Notes under the pieces: model-generated
The model's input: the letters and a program-made list of their open reading frames with translations, nothing else
Databases searched by the model: none
What the model was told of the DNA's origin: nothing
Shown: positions 20,099-31,444 of the stretch, in pieces
Layout of the letters: each line of letters starts with the position of its first letter
Position numbering within the stretch: position 1 is the first letter of the stretch
Assembly: GCA_965206075.1 (NCBI GenBank)
Contig: CBDBIS010000005.1
Coordinates: forward strand, 3,155,041-3,219,040
Direction of reading: 5' to 3'
Length of the DNA stretch: 64,000 bases
DNA from: Alphaproteobacteria bacterium
Lineage (GTDB): Bacteria > Pseudomonadota > Alphaproteobacteria > Bin95
Position numbers and translations under genes: made by a program

Positions 20099-21397
20099 AT
20101 GAAGGTTTTAGAGCCCGCGCCGCCCCGGGGCGAGACCGGCTTCGTGCAGACGCGCACGCTGGTGCTGATTCGCTGGGTTGCGGTGGCGGGCCAGGCGGGC
20201 ACGGTGCTGGTCGTCCATTTCGGCTTCGGCTACCGGCTGCCGATAGAAGCGGCGGCGGCGGTCATTGCGATGTCGGCGGCCGTCAACCTGTATGCCAGCC
20301 TGCACCATCGCGGCGGTGCCGGCCTGCCGGAGCCGCAGGCCTTCGGCTTCCTCGCCTTCGACACGCTGCAGCTCGCCCTGCTGCTCTTCCTGACGGGCGG
20401 CCTCCAGAACCCGTTCGCGCTGCTGCTGCTGGCACCGGTCACGGTGGCGGCGTCGGTGCTGTCCCGGGCAAGCTGCATCAAGCTCGTCGTGCTGGCCGCG
20501 GCCGCTGCGAGCGCGCTGTCGGTCTGGCACATGCCGTTGCCCTGGGACGGGCCGCCGCCCACCATGCCGGCGGAGCTGGTGCTGGGCATCTGGTTCGCCA
20601 CCATCACCGCCATCGCCTTCCTGGCCGTCTATGTGGGGCAGGTGGCCATCGAGCGGCGCCGGATGACGGATGCGGTCTCGGCCGCGCAGGATGCGCTGGC
20701 GCGCGAGCAGCGCGTCGCCGATCTCGGCACGCTCGCCGCGGCGGCCGCGCACGAACTCGGCACGCCGCTCGCCACCATCACCGTCGTCGCCTCGGAACTC
20801 GCGCGCGAAGTGCCGGCGGACAGCCCGCTCGCCGAGGACGCGCAGTTGCTGAAGAGCCAGGCGGAGCGGTGCAAGGAGATCCTGACGGAACTGTCGAGGC
20901 ACCCGGATGCCCAGGGCGCCTCCTATCTGAGGATGCCGCTCACGGCGTTGATCGACAGCACCGCCGACCCGCACCGGCGCGGGTCCATCGACCTTGCGAT
21001 CCTCGGGCGCGGGCGCGACGACTCGCCGGAGCCGTTCCTGGAACGCCGCCCCGAACTGGTGAACGGCCTCGGCAACATCCTTTCCAACGCCCTGCAATTC
21101 GCCAGGAGCCGCGTCGACGCCTCCATCGTCTGGGACGCGGAGCGCGTCGGGGTGACGATCTCGGACGACGGGCCGGGCTTCCCGGCGGCGCTGATGGGAC
21201 GCCTGGGCGAGCCTTACCTCTCCACGCGGCGGGGCAGCGACGGTCATATGGGCCTCGGCATCTTCATTGCGCGCACACTACTGGAGCGCACGGGCGCGGA
21301 TGTCACCTTCCTCAACCGCCGCCAGGGAGGGGCGGAGGTTGAGGTTCTCTGGCCGCGCGTCATACTGGAGCCCGTGACAAGGGGTGAGGAGCGATGA
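20099..21397 (+). CDS. regB: redox-sensing histidine kinase RegB/PrrB/ActS
   Basis: Multi-TM N-terminus, H-box AAAHELGTPLATI and an HATPase C-terminus. Start uncertain (20060 or 20099). Confidence 0.8.
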   Translation: MKVLEPAPPRGETGFVQTRTLVLIRWVAVAGQAGTVLVVHFGFGYRLPIEAAAAVIAMSAAVNLYASLHHRGGAGLPEPQAFGFLAFDTLQLALLLFLTGGLQNPFALLLLAPVTVAASVLSRASCIKLVVLAAAAASALSVWHMPLPWDGPPPTMPAELVLGIWFATITAIAFLAVYVGQVAIERRRMTDAVSAAQDALAREQRVADLGTLAAAAAHELGTPLATITVVASELAREVPADSPLAEDAQLLKSQAERCKEILTELSRHPDAQGASYLRMPLTALIDSTADPHRRGSIDLAILGRGRDDSPEPFLERRPELVNGLGNILSNALQFARSRVDASIVWDAERVGVTISDDGPGFPAALMGRLGEPYLSTRRGSDGHMGLGIFIARTLLERTGADVTFLNRRQGGAEVEVLWPRVILEPVTRGEER

Positions 21398-21945
21398 ACG
21401 AACAGCAAGGCTCCGGCGACGCCGGCACACTCCTGTTGGTCGATGACGACCCGCCCTTCCTGAACCGTCTGGCGCGGGCGATGGAGCGGCGCGGTTTCGA
21501 TGTGCGCACGGCCGCATCGGTCGCGGACGGCAAGGCGGCCGTGGATATCGACCCGCCCGACTACGCCGTGGTGGACCTTCGCCTCGGCGACGGCAGCGGC
21601 GTCGATGTGGTCTCGCACCTGCAGACCGTCCGTCCCGAGAGCCGCGCGATCATCCTCACCGGCTACGGCAATATCGCGACCGCGGTGGCGGCGGTGAAGG
21701 TCGGCGCCATCGACTACCTGCCGAAGCCGGCGGACGCCGACGCCATCGAGACGGCGCTGAAACATATGGGCGCGGACCCGCCGGGGCCTCCGGAGCTGCC
21801 GATGTCGCCCGACCGCGTGCGCTGGGAGCATATCCAGCGCATCTACGAGCAGTGCGGGCGCAATGTCTCGGAAACCGCGCGCCGGCTGCGCATGCACCGC
21901 CGCACCCTCCAGCGCATCCTCGCCAAATACGCGCCCAGGGAATAA
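21394..21945 (+). CDS. regA: response regulator RegA/PrrA/ActR
   Basis: Receiver domain plus the highly conserved HTH NVSETARRLRMHRRTLQRILAKYAPRE. Confidence 0.9.
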   Translation: MNEQQGSGDAGTLLLVDDDPPFLNRLARAMERRGFDVRTAASVADGKAAVDIDPPDYAVVDLRLGDGSGVDVVSHLQTVRPESRAIILTGYGNIATAVAAVKVGAIDYLPKPADADAIETALKHMGADPPGPPELPMSPDRVRWEHIQRIYEQCGRNVSETARRLRMHRRTLQRILAKYAPRE

Positions 21946-22016
21946 CGCGCGCCGCCCTTCTCCTTTCCCGCCTGCGGGAGAGGCCGGAGAGGCCCCCTGC
22001 AGCGCGTCATGAGATG

Positions 22017-22886
22017 TCATGTTTTGTCATGCGGCGGGGTTGCGGCGGTGGCTTGCCGCCTGTCGGGGCCGGCGTTTCGGACGCGGGCGAGAGTGCGGGC
22101 GAGGGAGGCTTCCGTGCGGCGGTGCTGCCTTTCGTGCCATGCCGTGTATTCGGGCGAGGGCAGCTTGCCGACGAACTTCCGCCCGCTGACATGGCAGTCG
22201 ATCGGGCCGCCGAGGCCCCCGCCTATCGTGACCGGCCCGAACCGGCGCTCCTTGTCTTCCAGCCACGCCCGGAACTCGGGCGTCTCCTGGCTGCCGGCCC
22301 AGACCTCGCCGCCATAGTGGAACTCGTCCTCGCTGCCGTCATAGTCCGACACATAAGGGTCGGGCTCTTCGAACGGGTCGTCGAGACCGTCCAGAGGCTC
22401 CTCGACGGGTTCCGGTTCCGGTTCGGGCAGGTGCGCGGCGGCCCAGTCGAGCACGGCGAGGAGCTGGCGCAGATGGCTGAGCCGGGCGCGTCCGGCGCGG
22501 TGGCGTTCGGCAAGTGCGCGGTCGTCCTCCGGCGGCGGCCCGGCGCTTATACCAGCGGTCGTTGATCGGAACCTATGGTGATGGTCCCCACCGTCACCCC
22601 GGCCTCCGAGCCGGGGGCCAGCCTCGGTTCTCGCGGCAACTTCAGCGGTCGAGCCTGCTCTCCACCGGCTACGGCATCGTCGAGAGCCATGGATGGACCC
22701 CGGCTCTCCGCTTCGCTCCGGCCGGGGTGACGCAGAGGGAAAACCGGGCGGCAATCTCCATGAGTCACAAACCGGAGCCGCTGGTATTAGGTCTTCGGCA
22801 TAGGCTTCGGCGAGGGCTTCGGCGGCCGGCGCCAGCCCTGCGGCCAGCTTCGCCGCCAGTTGGGGGCGGGGGTCGGTTGCAGTCAT
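22017..22886 (-). CDS. hypothetical acidic protein (289 aa as it stands; 209 aa before the MITE insertion)
   Basis: ATG preceded by AAGGAGGA. High G/C at codon position 3 in codons 1-31 and again after the MITE, with poor coding character inside 22547-22789. No domain that I recognise. The track ORF extends upstream to 23453 through the non-coding core. Confidence 0.5.
   Translation of the reverse strand: MTATDPRPQLAAKLAAGLAPAAEALAEAYAEDLIPAAPVCDSWRLPPGFPSASPRPERSGEPGSIHGSRRCRSRWRAGSTAEVAARTEAGPRLGGRGDGGDHHHRFRSTTAGISAGPPPEDDRALAERHRAGRARLSHLRQLLAVLDWAAAHLPEPEPEPVEEPLDGLDDPFEEPDPYVSDYDGSEDEFHYGGEVWAGSQETPEFRAWLEDKERRFGPVTIGGGLGGPIDCHVSGRKFVGKLPSPEYTAWHERQHRRTEASLARTLARVRNAGPDRRQATAATPPHDKT
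22550..22786. mobile_element. 237-nt MITE with 9-bp TIR TACCAGCGG/CCGCTGGTA and 3-bp TSD TTA
   Basis: TSD copies at 22547-49 and 22787-89. Internal long palindrome CGTCACCCCGGCC...GGCCGGGGTGACG (22592-22732). Element plus TSD is 240 nt, so the host ORF stays in frame. Confidence 0.7.
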
Positions 22887-23111
22887 GGTTCCTCCTTGCC
22901 GGTCCGGGTCCCTTTTTTGCGCGCGTATCCTGCGTGCGCGCCTGCGCCCGCCTGCGCGCGTCTTGCGCCGGCGCGGTTCGCACGCCTGATTGCGCGCGCG
23001 AGACAGAGGACGCACGTCTCCCGCCGGTTTCTCAGGAGTTTTCAGAAAGTGGCGCCGCTCGGCCGCACAACGCCGGGGAAGCGGCCTCCGGATGCCCCTT
23101 CTCCCGCTCCC

Positions 23112-23138
23112 ATCATACACTACTTTTCCCAGGGTCAA
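23112..23138 (-). promoter_or_regulatory. sigma70-like promoter motif of module copy 3 (TTGACC-15 nt-TATGAT)
   Basis: Reverse complement of ggtcaa (23133-38) and atcata (23112-17). Divergent from the DUF1028 gene. Confidence 0.45.
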
Positions 23139-23328
23139 GCCCCAAACGGGAACAAAAGAGAAAAATAATGGAAATATTTCATGTTTCGCAGGGGTAGCAT
23201 CGCGTTCGGTGCCAGGCCTCCGTCTTCGCGCCGGCGCCGGTTGCGGCCGGGCTTGAAATGCGTTTCGATCCGGGAGGACACGGCTCCGGCGCGGTTCCCG
23301 GCGGCGCAGGGGCGGGGAGGAGGAACCG

Positions 23329-23997
23329 ATGACCTTTACCTGCATCGCGCGCGACGCGGCCACGGGCGAACTCGGCATCGCCACGGCGACCCGCTCGCTC
23401 GCGGTCGGTGTGCGCGTGCCGCACGTCTCGCGGCTGGGCACCGTCGCGATCATGGCAATCGCGGATTACCGCCTCGGCCGGCTGGCGCAGGACCTGCTGG
23501 CCAACGGGTGCGCGGCACAGGCGGTGATCGACGGGCTGGTCGCCACCGACCCTCATCCCGAATACCGGCAATTGGGCGTCATCGACGCGGAAGGCCGCAC
23601 GGCCGCGCGCACCGGCGCCCGAAACCGCGACTATGCCGGCCACCATGTGCGCGATGGGCTGATCGCGCTCGGCAATGTGCTGGTGGGCGAGCATGTGCTG
23701 GACGCCATAGAGGCAGGTTTTGCCGGAGACACGTTCGCCGAGCGCCTGCTCGCCGCGCTCGAAGCCGGGCGCGATGCCGGCGGCCAGCATGGCGGGCAGA
23801 ACTCCGCCGCCCTCGTCACCTGGGGCGCGCACGACTTCCCCCTCGTCGATCTGCGCGTGGATATCCACGAGGAACCGGTGGGCGAGCTCAGGCGCGTGTT
23901 CGACGCCTGGAAACCGGCGGCCGACTACTACACCGAGCGGCAATTGGACCCGCGCGTCCGCCCCCTGCACGAGACGCTGCCGGGCCGCGGCTACTGA
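23329..23997 (+). CDS. DUF1028 family (Ntn-hydrolase-like) protein
   Basis: 222 aa beginning MTFTCIARDAATGELGIATATRSLAVG, a typical DUF1028 N-terminus. Confidence 0.7.
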   Translation: MTFTCIARDAATGELGIATATRSLAVGVRVPHVSRLGTVAIMAIADYRLGRLAQDLLANGCAAQAVIDGLVATDPHPEYRQLGVIDAEGRTAARTGARNRDYAGHHVRDGLIALGNVLVGEHVLDAIEAGFAGDTFAERLLAALEAGRDAGGQHGGQNSAALVTWGAHDFPLVDLRVDIHEEPVGELRRVFDAWKPAADYYTERQLDPRVRPLHETLPGRGY

Positions 23998-24029
23998 GCC
24001 GGGCCGTAGTGAAGGCGCCCCCAAGGCTT

Positions 24030-24132
24030 CCGTCGTCACCCCGGACCCCGATCCGGGATCCATCCCCCGGCCTCTCCACCGGGTTGAACCGGTTGCGGTT
24101 GGGCCCCGGATCGGGGTCCGGGGCGACGACGG
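24030..24132. repeat. palindromic GC-rich element (GTCACCCCGGACCCCGATCCGGG family)
   Basis: 28-nt arms at 24030-24057 and 24105-24132, between the convergent DUF1028 and maeB genes. Confidence 0.7.
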
Positions 24133-24193
24133 AAAGCAGCGCCGGCGGCTACCCGTCGATGGACAGTCGATCCGTTATGGATCGCGCCGTGCC

Positions 24194-26464
<2,271 letters not shown>

Positions 26465-26560
26465 TGCGCTTGCCCCCGGCCTTCCGGCTCGTTGCGGTCG
26501 CAAGAATCCTAGTCCCGCGCCGCGCCCTTTGCCAATGCCGCGCCGGGAAGGCCGGACCGG

Positions 26561-26938
26561 CTACCAAAGGCGCTGGACTTCGTACCGGTCGAACACTGGG
26601 TCGATAGACACAATCGGGATGCCAAGTCCTGTCGCCTGGGCGATGAGCATCCGGTCGAACGGGTCACGATGCGGCCCCGGCAGCCGTCCCGCTCTCTCGG
26701 CATCGGCGACCGTGATCGAAATCTGCTCGAACCCTTCCCGCGCGATGAGCCCGGCGATGTCGTCGCCGATGTCCGGCAGCCTGCCAAGCCGGGCTTTGTT
26801 CGCAATTTCCCATGCGGACGCGGCGCTGACCGCCACATCATTCGCCTCGTCTCCAATCGTCCGGCGAGCGAAGCGCGACAAGCGGGTATTGTCCGTCAGC
26901 CACCAGAGAAAGGCGTGGGTATCCAGCAATATCCGCAC
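26561..26938 (-). CDS. vapC: type II toxin VapC (PIN domain)
   Basis: 125 aa (MRILLDTHAFLWW...DPFDRMLIAQA) with the PIN acidic residues. Confidence 0.8.
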   Translation of the reverse strand: MRILLDTHAFLWWLTDNTRLSRFARRTIGDEANDVAVSAASAWEIANKARLGRLPDIGDDIAGLIAREGFEQISITVADAERAGRLPGPHRDPFDRMLIAQATGLGIPIVSIDPVFDRYEVQRLW

Positions 26939-26944
26939 GGGCGG

Positions 26945-27208
26945 TCAGTCTTCCGAGCGCCCTTCCCAGGCCCTCAGCTCCTCTTCCGGCAGGGAATCGA
27001 ACAATGCGCTGTCCGAAATTTGGAACCTGCCCTTCAGGGCGCCCGGTCGCCGGTGCGTCTTCGGCTGGCCGGTCGCTCGCGATGCGCAGGCCACAAGACG
27101 AACGGCCGGCCTGCCCCGGCGGGCAATCACGACTTCCTCGCCGCGCTCGGCTTGGGCGACCAGCGAAGACAAGCGCGCCCTTGCCTCGCCGATGTTGACG
27201 GTGGACAT
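26945..27208 (-). CDS. Phd/YefM-type antitoxin partner of VapC
   Basis: 87 aa (MSTVNIGEARARLSSLVAQAERGEEVVIARRGRPAVRLV...). Ends 6 nt upstream of vapC. Confidence 0.7.
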   Translation of the reverse strand: MSTVNIGEARARLSSLVAQAERGEEVVIARRGRPAVRLVACASRATGQPKTHRRPGALKGRFQISDSALFDSLPEEELRAWEGRSED

Positions 27209-27282
27209 GACCGTTACCTCGAAACGCAGATTCAACCTACCTGCCGGACCGGCAGCGTCAAGGCCGGAACGATGCGGCGGGC

Positions 27283-28383
27283 CTAACCGTCCACCGATTC
27301 GCAATGCTGCGAGAAGGCGGGCAGGACATTTTCGGCGAGGCGCTGCATGGAGGCGCGGCAGAGGTCCGGGTCCTCCCAGTCGTGCATGCCGATCAGCAAG
27401 GTGCCGAACGTGCCGATCTCCTCGCGGAGCGCGACCAGCCGGTCGAGAACGGTCGCCGCCGTGCCGCAGATCGGGATTTCGGCGACCGCCTCTTCCACGT
27501 CGAGCAGTTCGTTCAACTCTGCGGCGGGCGCGTCCGCGATGGCCTTCACCTCCGGCAGCCGGCGCAGGCTGCGCAGGTAACGGAAGTAGAAGTGGAACAG
27601 ACCGTCCGGGTCCCCGAGAATATCGCGGGCCTGCCCCTCGCTCTCCGTCACCAGCAGGTTGCGCGCCACCCGCCAGACCGACGGGTCCGCTGGGCGACCC
27701 GCCTGCTCCGCCGCTTCGGCGTAGAGCGGCCAGTGGGTCGCCACGTCGCGCGAGGGGATGAAGTTCGCCGAGATGGGTATCCAGCCCCGCCCGCCGCAGA
27801 CGCCCGCCGAGCCGGAATTGGCCGAGACCATCGCCATGGCGATGGGCGGGTGCGGGTGCTGGTAGGGCTTGGAAATCAGGCCGACGCCGTGGCGCGGATA
27901 GACCGCTTCGTCGATGGCGATGTCCCACCACTCGTTCTCGAAGCGGTAAGGCGGCTCGCCGCGCCAGAGATCGAGCACGATGTCGATGGCGGCGAGCATC
28001 ATGCGCTGGCGTTCCGCCGGGTCGTGGTGGCCGTACATTTCCGCGTCGCTGACGAGGCCGCCCGGCCCGATGCCGAACAGGAACCGGCCCTCCGACAGCT
28101 GGTCGAAGAGCGCCACATGGCTCGCGACCGTGACCGGATGGTGGTGGGGAATGTTGATGACGCCGGTGCCGAAGCGGATCGAGCGCGTTTCGCGGATGAG
28201 CGTCGCGAGGAAGATCAGCGGCGAGGCGATCTGCTCGACCTTCGAGGTGAAATGCTCGCCGATCCAAGCCTCGGAATAGCCGAGCCGGTCGGCCAGCAGG
28301 ATCGCCTCGCGGTCCTCCTCAAGGGTCTGGAGAAACGGCTTTTCGGGTCGATGCAGGGGCATCGAGAACAGGCCGAGCTTCAT
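27283..28383 (-). CDS. LLM-class flavin-dependent oxidoreductase
   Basis: 366 aa. Luciferase-like monooxygenase pattern (EAWIGEHFTS...). Paralog of 45023-46123. Confidence 0.8.
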   Translation of the reverse strand: MKLGLFSMPLHRPEKPFLQTLEEDREAILLADRLGYSEAWIGEHFTSKVEQIASPLIFLATLIRETRSIRFGTGVINIPHHHPVTVASHVALFDQLSEGRFLFGIGPGGLVSDAEMYGHHDPAERQRMMLAAIDIVLDLWRGEPPYRFENEWWDIAIDEAVYPRHGVGLISKPYQHPHPPIAMAMVSANSGSAGVCGGRGWIPISANFIPSRDVATHWPLYAEAAEQAGRPADPSVWRVARNLLVTESEGQARDILGDPDGLFHFYFRYLRSLRRLPEVKAIADAPAAELNELLDVEEAVAEIPICGTAATVLDRLVALREEIGTFGTLLIGMHDWEDPDLCRASMQRLAENVLPAFSQHCESVDG

Positions 28384-28435
28384 GCCGCGCTTCCTCTCCG
28401 CGCCGGGACGCGCGTCAGGCTATAGCCTTTGCGCC

Positions 28436-29485
28436 TCAGGGGGAATCGGCGGCAGCGGCCTCGCGCGCCGCGCGGCCGAGCGCAGCCAGGCGGATGGCGT
28501 GGACCCTGCCGGCGACGTTCTCCGAGGCCTTCATGTCCGCGATCAGCGCCGCCCGCGCCGGGTCCTCCGGCAGGTCCAGCGCCTCGTAGGCCGCCAGAAA
28601 GTCGCGCTGCTGCTGCCGCGCTGCCAGCAGGCGGGCATCGTCGCTGCCGCGATAGGCGGCGAGCGCCTCGAAGGAGACCAGCCGCGCCGCAAGCCCGCCG
28701 AGCGCCTCATCGGCGAGCCCGGCCTCCGCGGCATCGTCCAGCAGCGCCTCCATCGCGCCCTGCTGCGAGCCCAGCTTCAACAGGTCCTCGATATTCCTGA
28801 GCGGCTTGGCGAATGCCTTCCATATGTCGGTATCGGGGGCGAGCCGGGCCGAATCCGGCAGGCGGACATCCCGGAGGCTGAGGCCGCAATGGCCCGTCGG
28901 GCGCAGGAACTCGACCGCGCCGGCCTCGGTGCGCGCAAGGCCCGCCGTCTCCTCCGGCACGAGGAAGGTGCCGAAGCGCTTGCGCCCGCCGGTCTCGCCC
29001 GTGACGGCCACGAGGATGAAGAGGCCGGCCGCCGGGCCGTTGGTGACCCAGGCCTTCTCGCCGTCGAGCCGCCAGCCGCCGTCCGGCAGCCCCTCCGCCC
29101 GCGCCTGCAGATATTTGGGATGCGCGCCCGCGCCCGGCTCCGAGATCGCCGCCGCCAGCGTGGTTTCGCCCCTGGCAAGGCGCGGCAGCCACTCCCGCTT
29201 CTGCGCCTCGTCGCCGAGGCGGGCAAGCGCGAACAGGCTGAGCGTGCAATGCACCTTCCAGGCGAGCATGGCGCCGAGGCTCCGGCCGTGGCGCACCATC
29301 TCCCGGCAGCCGCCTGCGAGCCGGTCGAGGTCCCAGCCCCGGCCTCCGTATTCCTCCGGGACGGTGAGGCCGAGCAGGCCGGCTTCGGCGAGGCTCCGCC
29401 AGAGGTCAGCGGGGTAGTCCCGGCGGCGGCTGAGGTCGTCGCGGCCGCGGATCAGGCGGGCGGCCGCCGCCGCGACATCGCTCAC
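28436..29485 (-). CDS. acyl-CoA dehydrogenase family protein
   Basis: GTG start overlapping the cupin stop (GTGA). ACAD-like middle and C-terminal domains (ISEPGAGAHP..., WVTNGP...). The rest of track ORF 28436..31291 is shadow. Confidence 0.7.
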   Translation of the reverse strand: MSDVAAAAARLIRGRDDLSRRRDYPADLWRSLAEAGLLGLTVPEEYGGRGWDLDRLAGGCREMVRHGRSLGAMLAWKVHCTLSLFALARLGDEAQKREWLPRLARGETTLAAAISEPGAGAHPKYLQARAEGLPDGGWRLDGEKAWVTNGPAAGLFILVAVTGETGGRKRFGTFLVPEETAGLARTEAGAVEFLRPTGHCGLSLRDVRLPDSARLAPDTDIWKAFAKPLRNIEDLLKLGSQQGAMEALLDDAAEAGLADEALGGLAARLVSFEALAAYRGSDDARLLAARQQQRDFLAAYEALDLPEDPARAALIADMKASENVAGRVHAIRLAALGRAAREAAAADSP

Positions 29486-29901
29486 CGGCGGTGGATCGGG
29501 TAGCCGTGCTCGTCGGACGCGCCGTCGCGGTAATTCACGATCCGCTTCGGGCTTAGGTGGATGCCCATGAGGCGCATCGGCCCCTCTCCGACGGCGGCGA
29601 AATTGTGCCGGCGCTCCGGGGGCAGGGCGACCGTGTCGCCGGCTTCGAGGCGGGTCCGCTCGTCCTCCGCGCCCTCCAGCCAGACATCGCAGCTGCCTTC
29701 CAGGATGTGCAGGATTTCCACATAGGGGTGCGCATGCAGCCCAGGCTCGTAGCCGGGCTCGGCGGTCTGGATGCCGACCCGGATGGGGAAGCCCGCCTCC
29801 TCGCCGAGCAGGATCGGGTTGTAGAAGGAATCCGGCGCGAACGGCACGGTCTCCGTCTCGGAAAGGCGGACGATTTTCGCTTCGGTCATGGTCTCGGACA
29901 T
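29482..29901 (-). CDS. cupin domain protein
   Basis: 139 aa with cupin motifs GLHAHPYVEILHILEG and ...GDTVALPP. Confidence 0.7.
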   Translation of the reverse strand: MSETMTEAKIVRLSETETVPFAPDSFYNPILLGEEAGFPIRVGIQTAEPGYEPGLHAHPYVEILHILEGSCDVWLEGAEDERTRLEAGDTVALPPERRHNFAAVGEGPMRLMGIHLSPKRIVNYRDGASDEHGYPIHRR

Positions 29902-30052
29902 GGGGCGGTTCCTCCTCGGGCGGCATTCTCGCAGGCGCCGCGCCCTGCGTCGAGCCGGCTGCGCGCTCCGCGCGGCGCGGAAATGCGCTAACCTGCGCCC
30001 GCGCCGCGCGCTCCGGCCGCGGCATCTGCGAACAGGAAGACGGGAGGGCGTC

Positions 30053-30337
30053 ATGGCGCTCAACAGATACATCATCGAACGCGACATTCCCGAGGTCGGG
30101 ACCCTGGAGCGCCAGCAGCTGGCGGAGGCCGCCGCGAAGTCGAACGAGGCGCTGACGGCGCTCGGGCCGGACATCCAGTGGGTGGAGAGCTTCGTCGCCG
30201 CGGACAAGACCTTCTGCGTCTATCTGGCGAAGGACGAGGCCATCATCCACAGGCATGCGGAGATCAGCGGCTTCCCCGCGACCAAGGTGACGGCCATCGG
30301 CAAGACCATCGACCCGACCACCGAAAAGGCCGGCTGA
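30053..30337 (+). CDS. DUF4242 domain protein
   Basis: 94 aa (MALNRYIIERDIPEVG...FCVYLA...). Confidence 0.55.
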   Translation: MALNRYIIERDIPEVGTLERQQLAEAAAKSNEALTALGPDIQWVESFVAADKTFCVYLAKDEAIIHRHAEISGFPATKVTAIGKTIDPTTEKAG

Positions 30338-30370
30338 CCGAACTGCCGGCTGGCGCAGAGGGAGGCTGGC

Positions 30371-31243
30371 ATGCATTACGGACGTTTCGGCTTCTGGTAT
30401 CCGACCGACCGGCTGGACGGGGCGGGACTGGGCGAGTTGGTGCGGGCTGCGGAGGCGCTCGGCTGCTCGCATTTCTGGTATCCGGAATCGACGGGTTACG
30501 AGAGCCTCGCGCTGGCGAGCTACCTGCTGACCCAGGCCTCGCGGATCGCCGTCGGCAGCTCCATCGCCAATATCTACGCCCGCGACCCGGTGACGGCGCG
30601 GAACGGGCGGCGCACCCTGGCGGACTTCTCCGAAGAGCGCTTTGTGCTCGGGCTCGGCGTCAGCCACCCGCCGCTGGTCGAGGGTTTGCGCGGCCACCGC
30701 TATGCCGGGCCGGTGGCGACCATGCGCCGGTATCTGGACGGCATCGCCGGAGACGGGCCGGCGCTCGACGACCCGGACAGGCCCGTGGTGATCGCCGCCC
30801 TCGGACCGCGCATGCTGGAACTCGCCGCCGAACGCTGCCGGGGGGCCATCCCCTACAATGTCACGCCGGAGCACACGGCCGGCGCCCGCGCCATACTCGG
30901 CCCCGGACGCTGGCTCGCGGTCGAGCAGAAAATCTGCCTCTCGGAGGACGCCGGCGCGGCGCGGGCGGCGGCGCGCAAGGAACTCACGCGCTACATGACG
31001 CTCGACAATTACCGCAACAACTGGCTCCGCACCGGTTTTTCGGCGGAGGACATGGAGGAGGGCGGCTCGGACCGGCTGATGGACGCGATGGTCGCCTGGG
31101 GCGGCGCAGAGGCGGTCGCCGGGCGGCTCCGGGAGCATTTCGATGCGGGCGCGGACCAGGTCTGCATCCAGCCGATCGCCGCGGCGGGCCCGCCCGACTG
31201 GCCGGCGCTGGAGGCGGTGCTGGCTGCGGCCGGCGGGCCGTAG
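30371..31243 (+). CDS. LLM-class (F420-dependent-like) oxidoreductase
   Basis: 290 aa (MHYGRFGFWYPTDRLDG...). Confidence 0.75.
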   Translation: MHYGRFGFWYPTDRLDGAGLGELVRAAEALGCSHFWYPESTGYESLALASYLLTQASRIAVGSSIANIYARDPVTARNGRRTLADFSEERFVLGLGVSHPPLVEGLRGHRYAGPVATMRRYLDGIAGDGPALDDPDRPVVIAALGPRMLELAAERCRGAIPYNVTPEHTAGARAILGPGRWLAVEQKICLSEDAGAARAAARKELTRYMTLDNYRNNWLRTGFSAEDMEEGGSDRLMDAMVAWGGAEAVAGRLREHFDAGADQVCIQPIAAAGPPDWPALEAVLAAAGGP

Positions 31244-31444
31244 CCGGCGGGGGCAGGCCGGGGCGTCTCCCGTAGCGGACGGGCGGCGCATCGCCCGACA
31301 AGTCCGATTCCTTCACACGCTGCTTCGCGAGGGCGGCGAAAGGGGCGCGAGGGCAGGCGGTGGACCGGCATTTTCCATGAGGCGCACCTGGCGTCGCTGG
31401 TATAAGGGCGGCGAACGACAGGGCGAATCCGGAGAGGGGCTTTC

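Larger units (their letters stand above)
21994..23138 (-). repeat. GC-rich module, copy 3, carrying an ORF between core and CATGAC tail
   Basis: Promoter motif at 23138-23112 and core at 23040-22900 (gtctcgcgcgcgcaatcag, caggatacgcgcgcaaaaaa). GTCATG units at 22006, 22016 and 22026. CCCCTGCA (the reverse complement of TGCAGGGG) at 21994-22001. Confidence 0.75.

Noticed and set aside
22887-23453. N-terminal extension of ORF 22017..23453 (478 aa)
   Set aside because: The extension reads through the conserved non-coding core and promoter of module copy 3. Coding-like third-position bias and a Shine-Dalgarno sequence appear only at the ATG at 22886.
29486-31291. Upstream ~600 codons of minus-strand ORF 28436..31291
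   Set aside because: Only the last 350 codons resemble an acyl-CoA dehydrogenase. The rest overlaps the well-supported cupin, DUF4242 and LLM genes in other frames or on the other strand.
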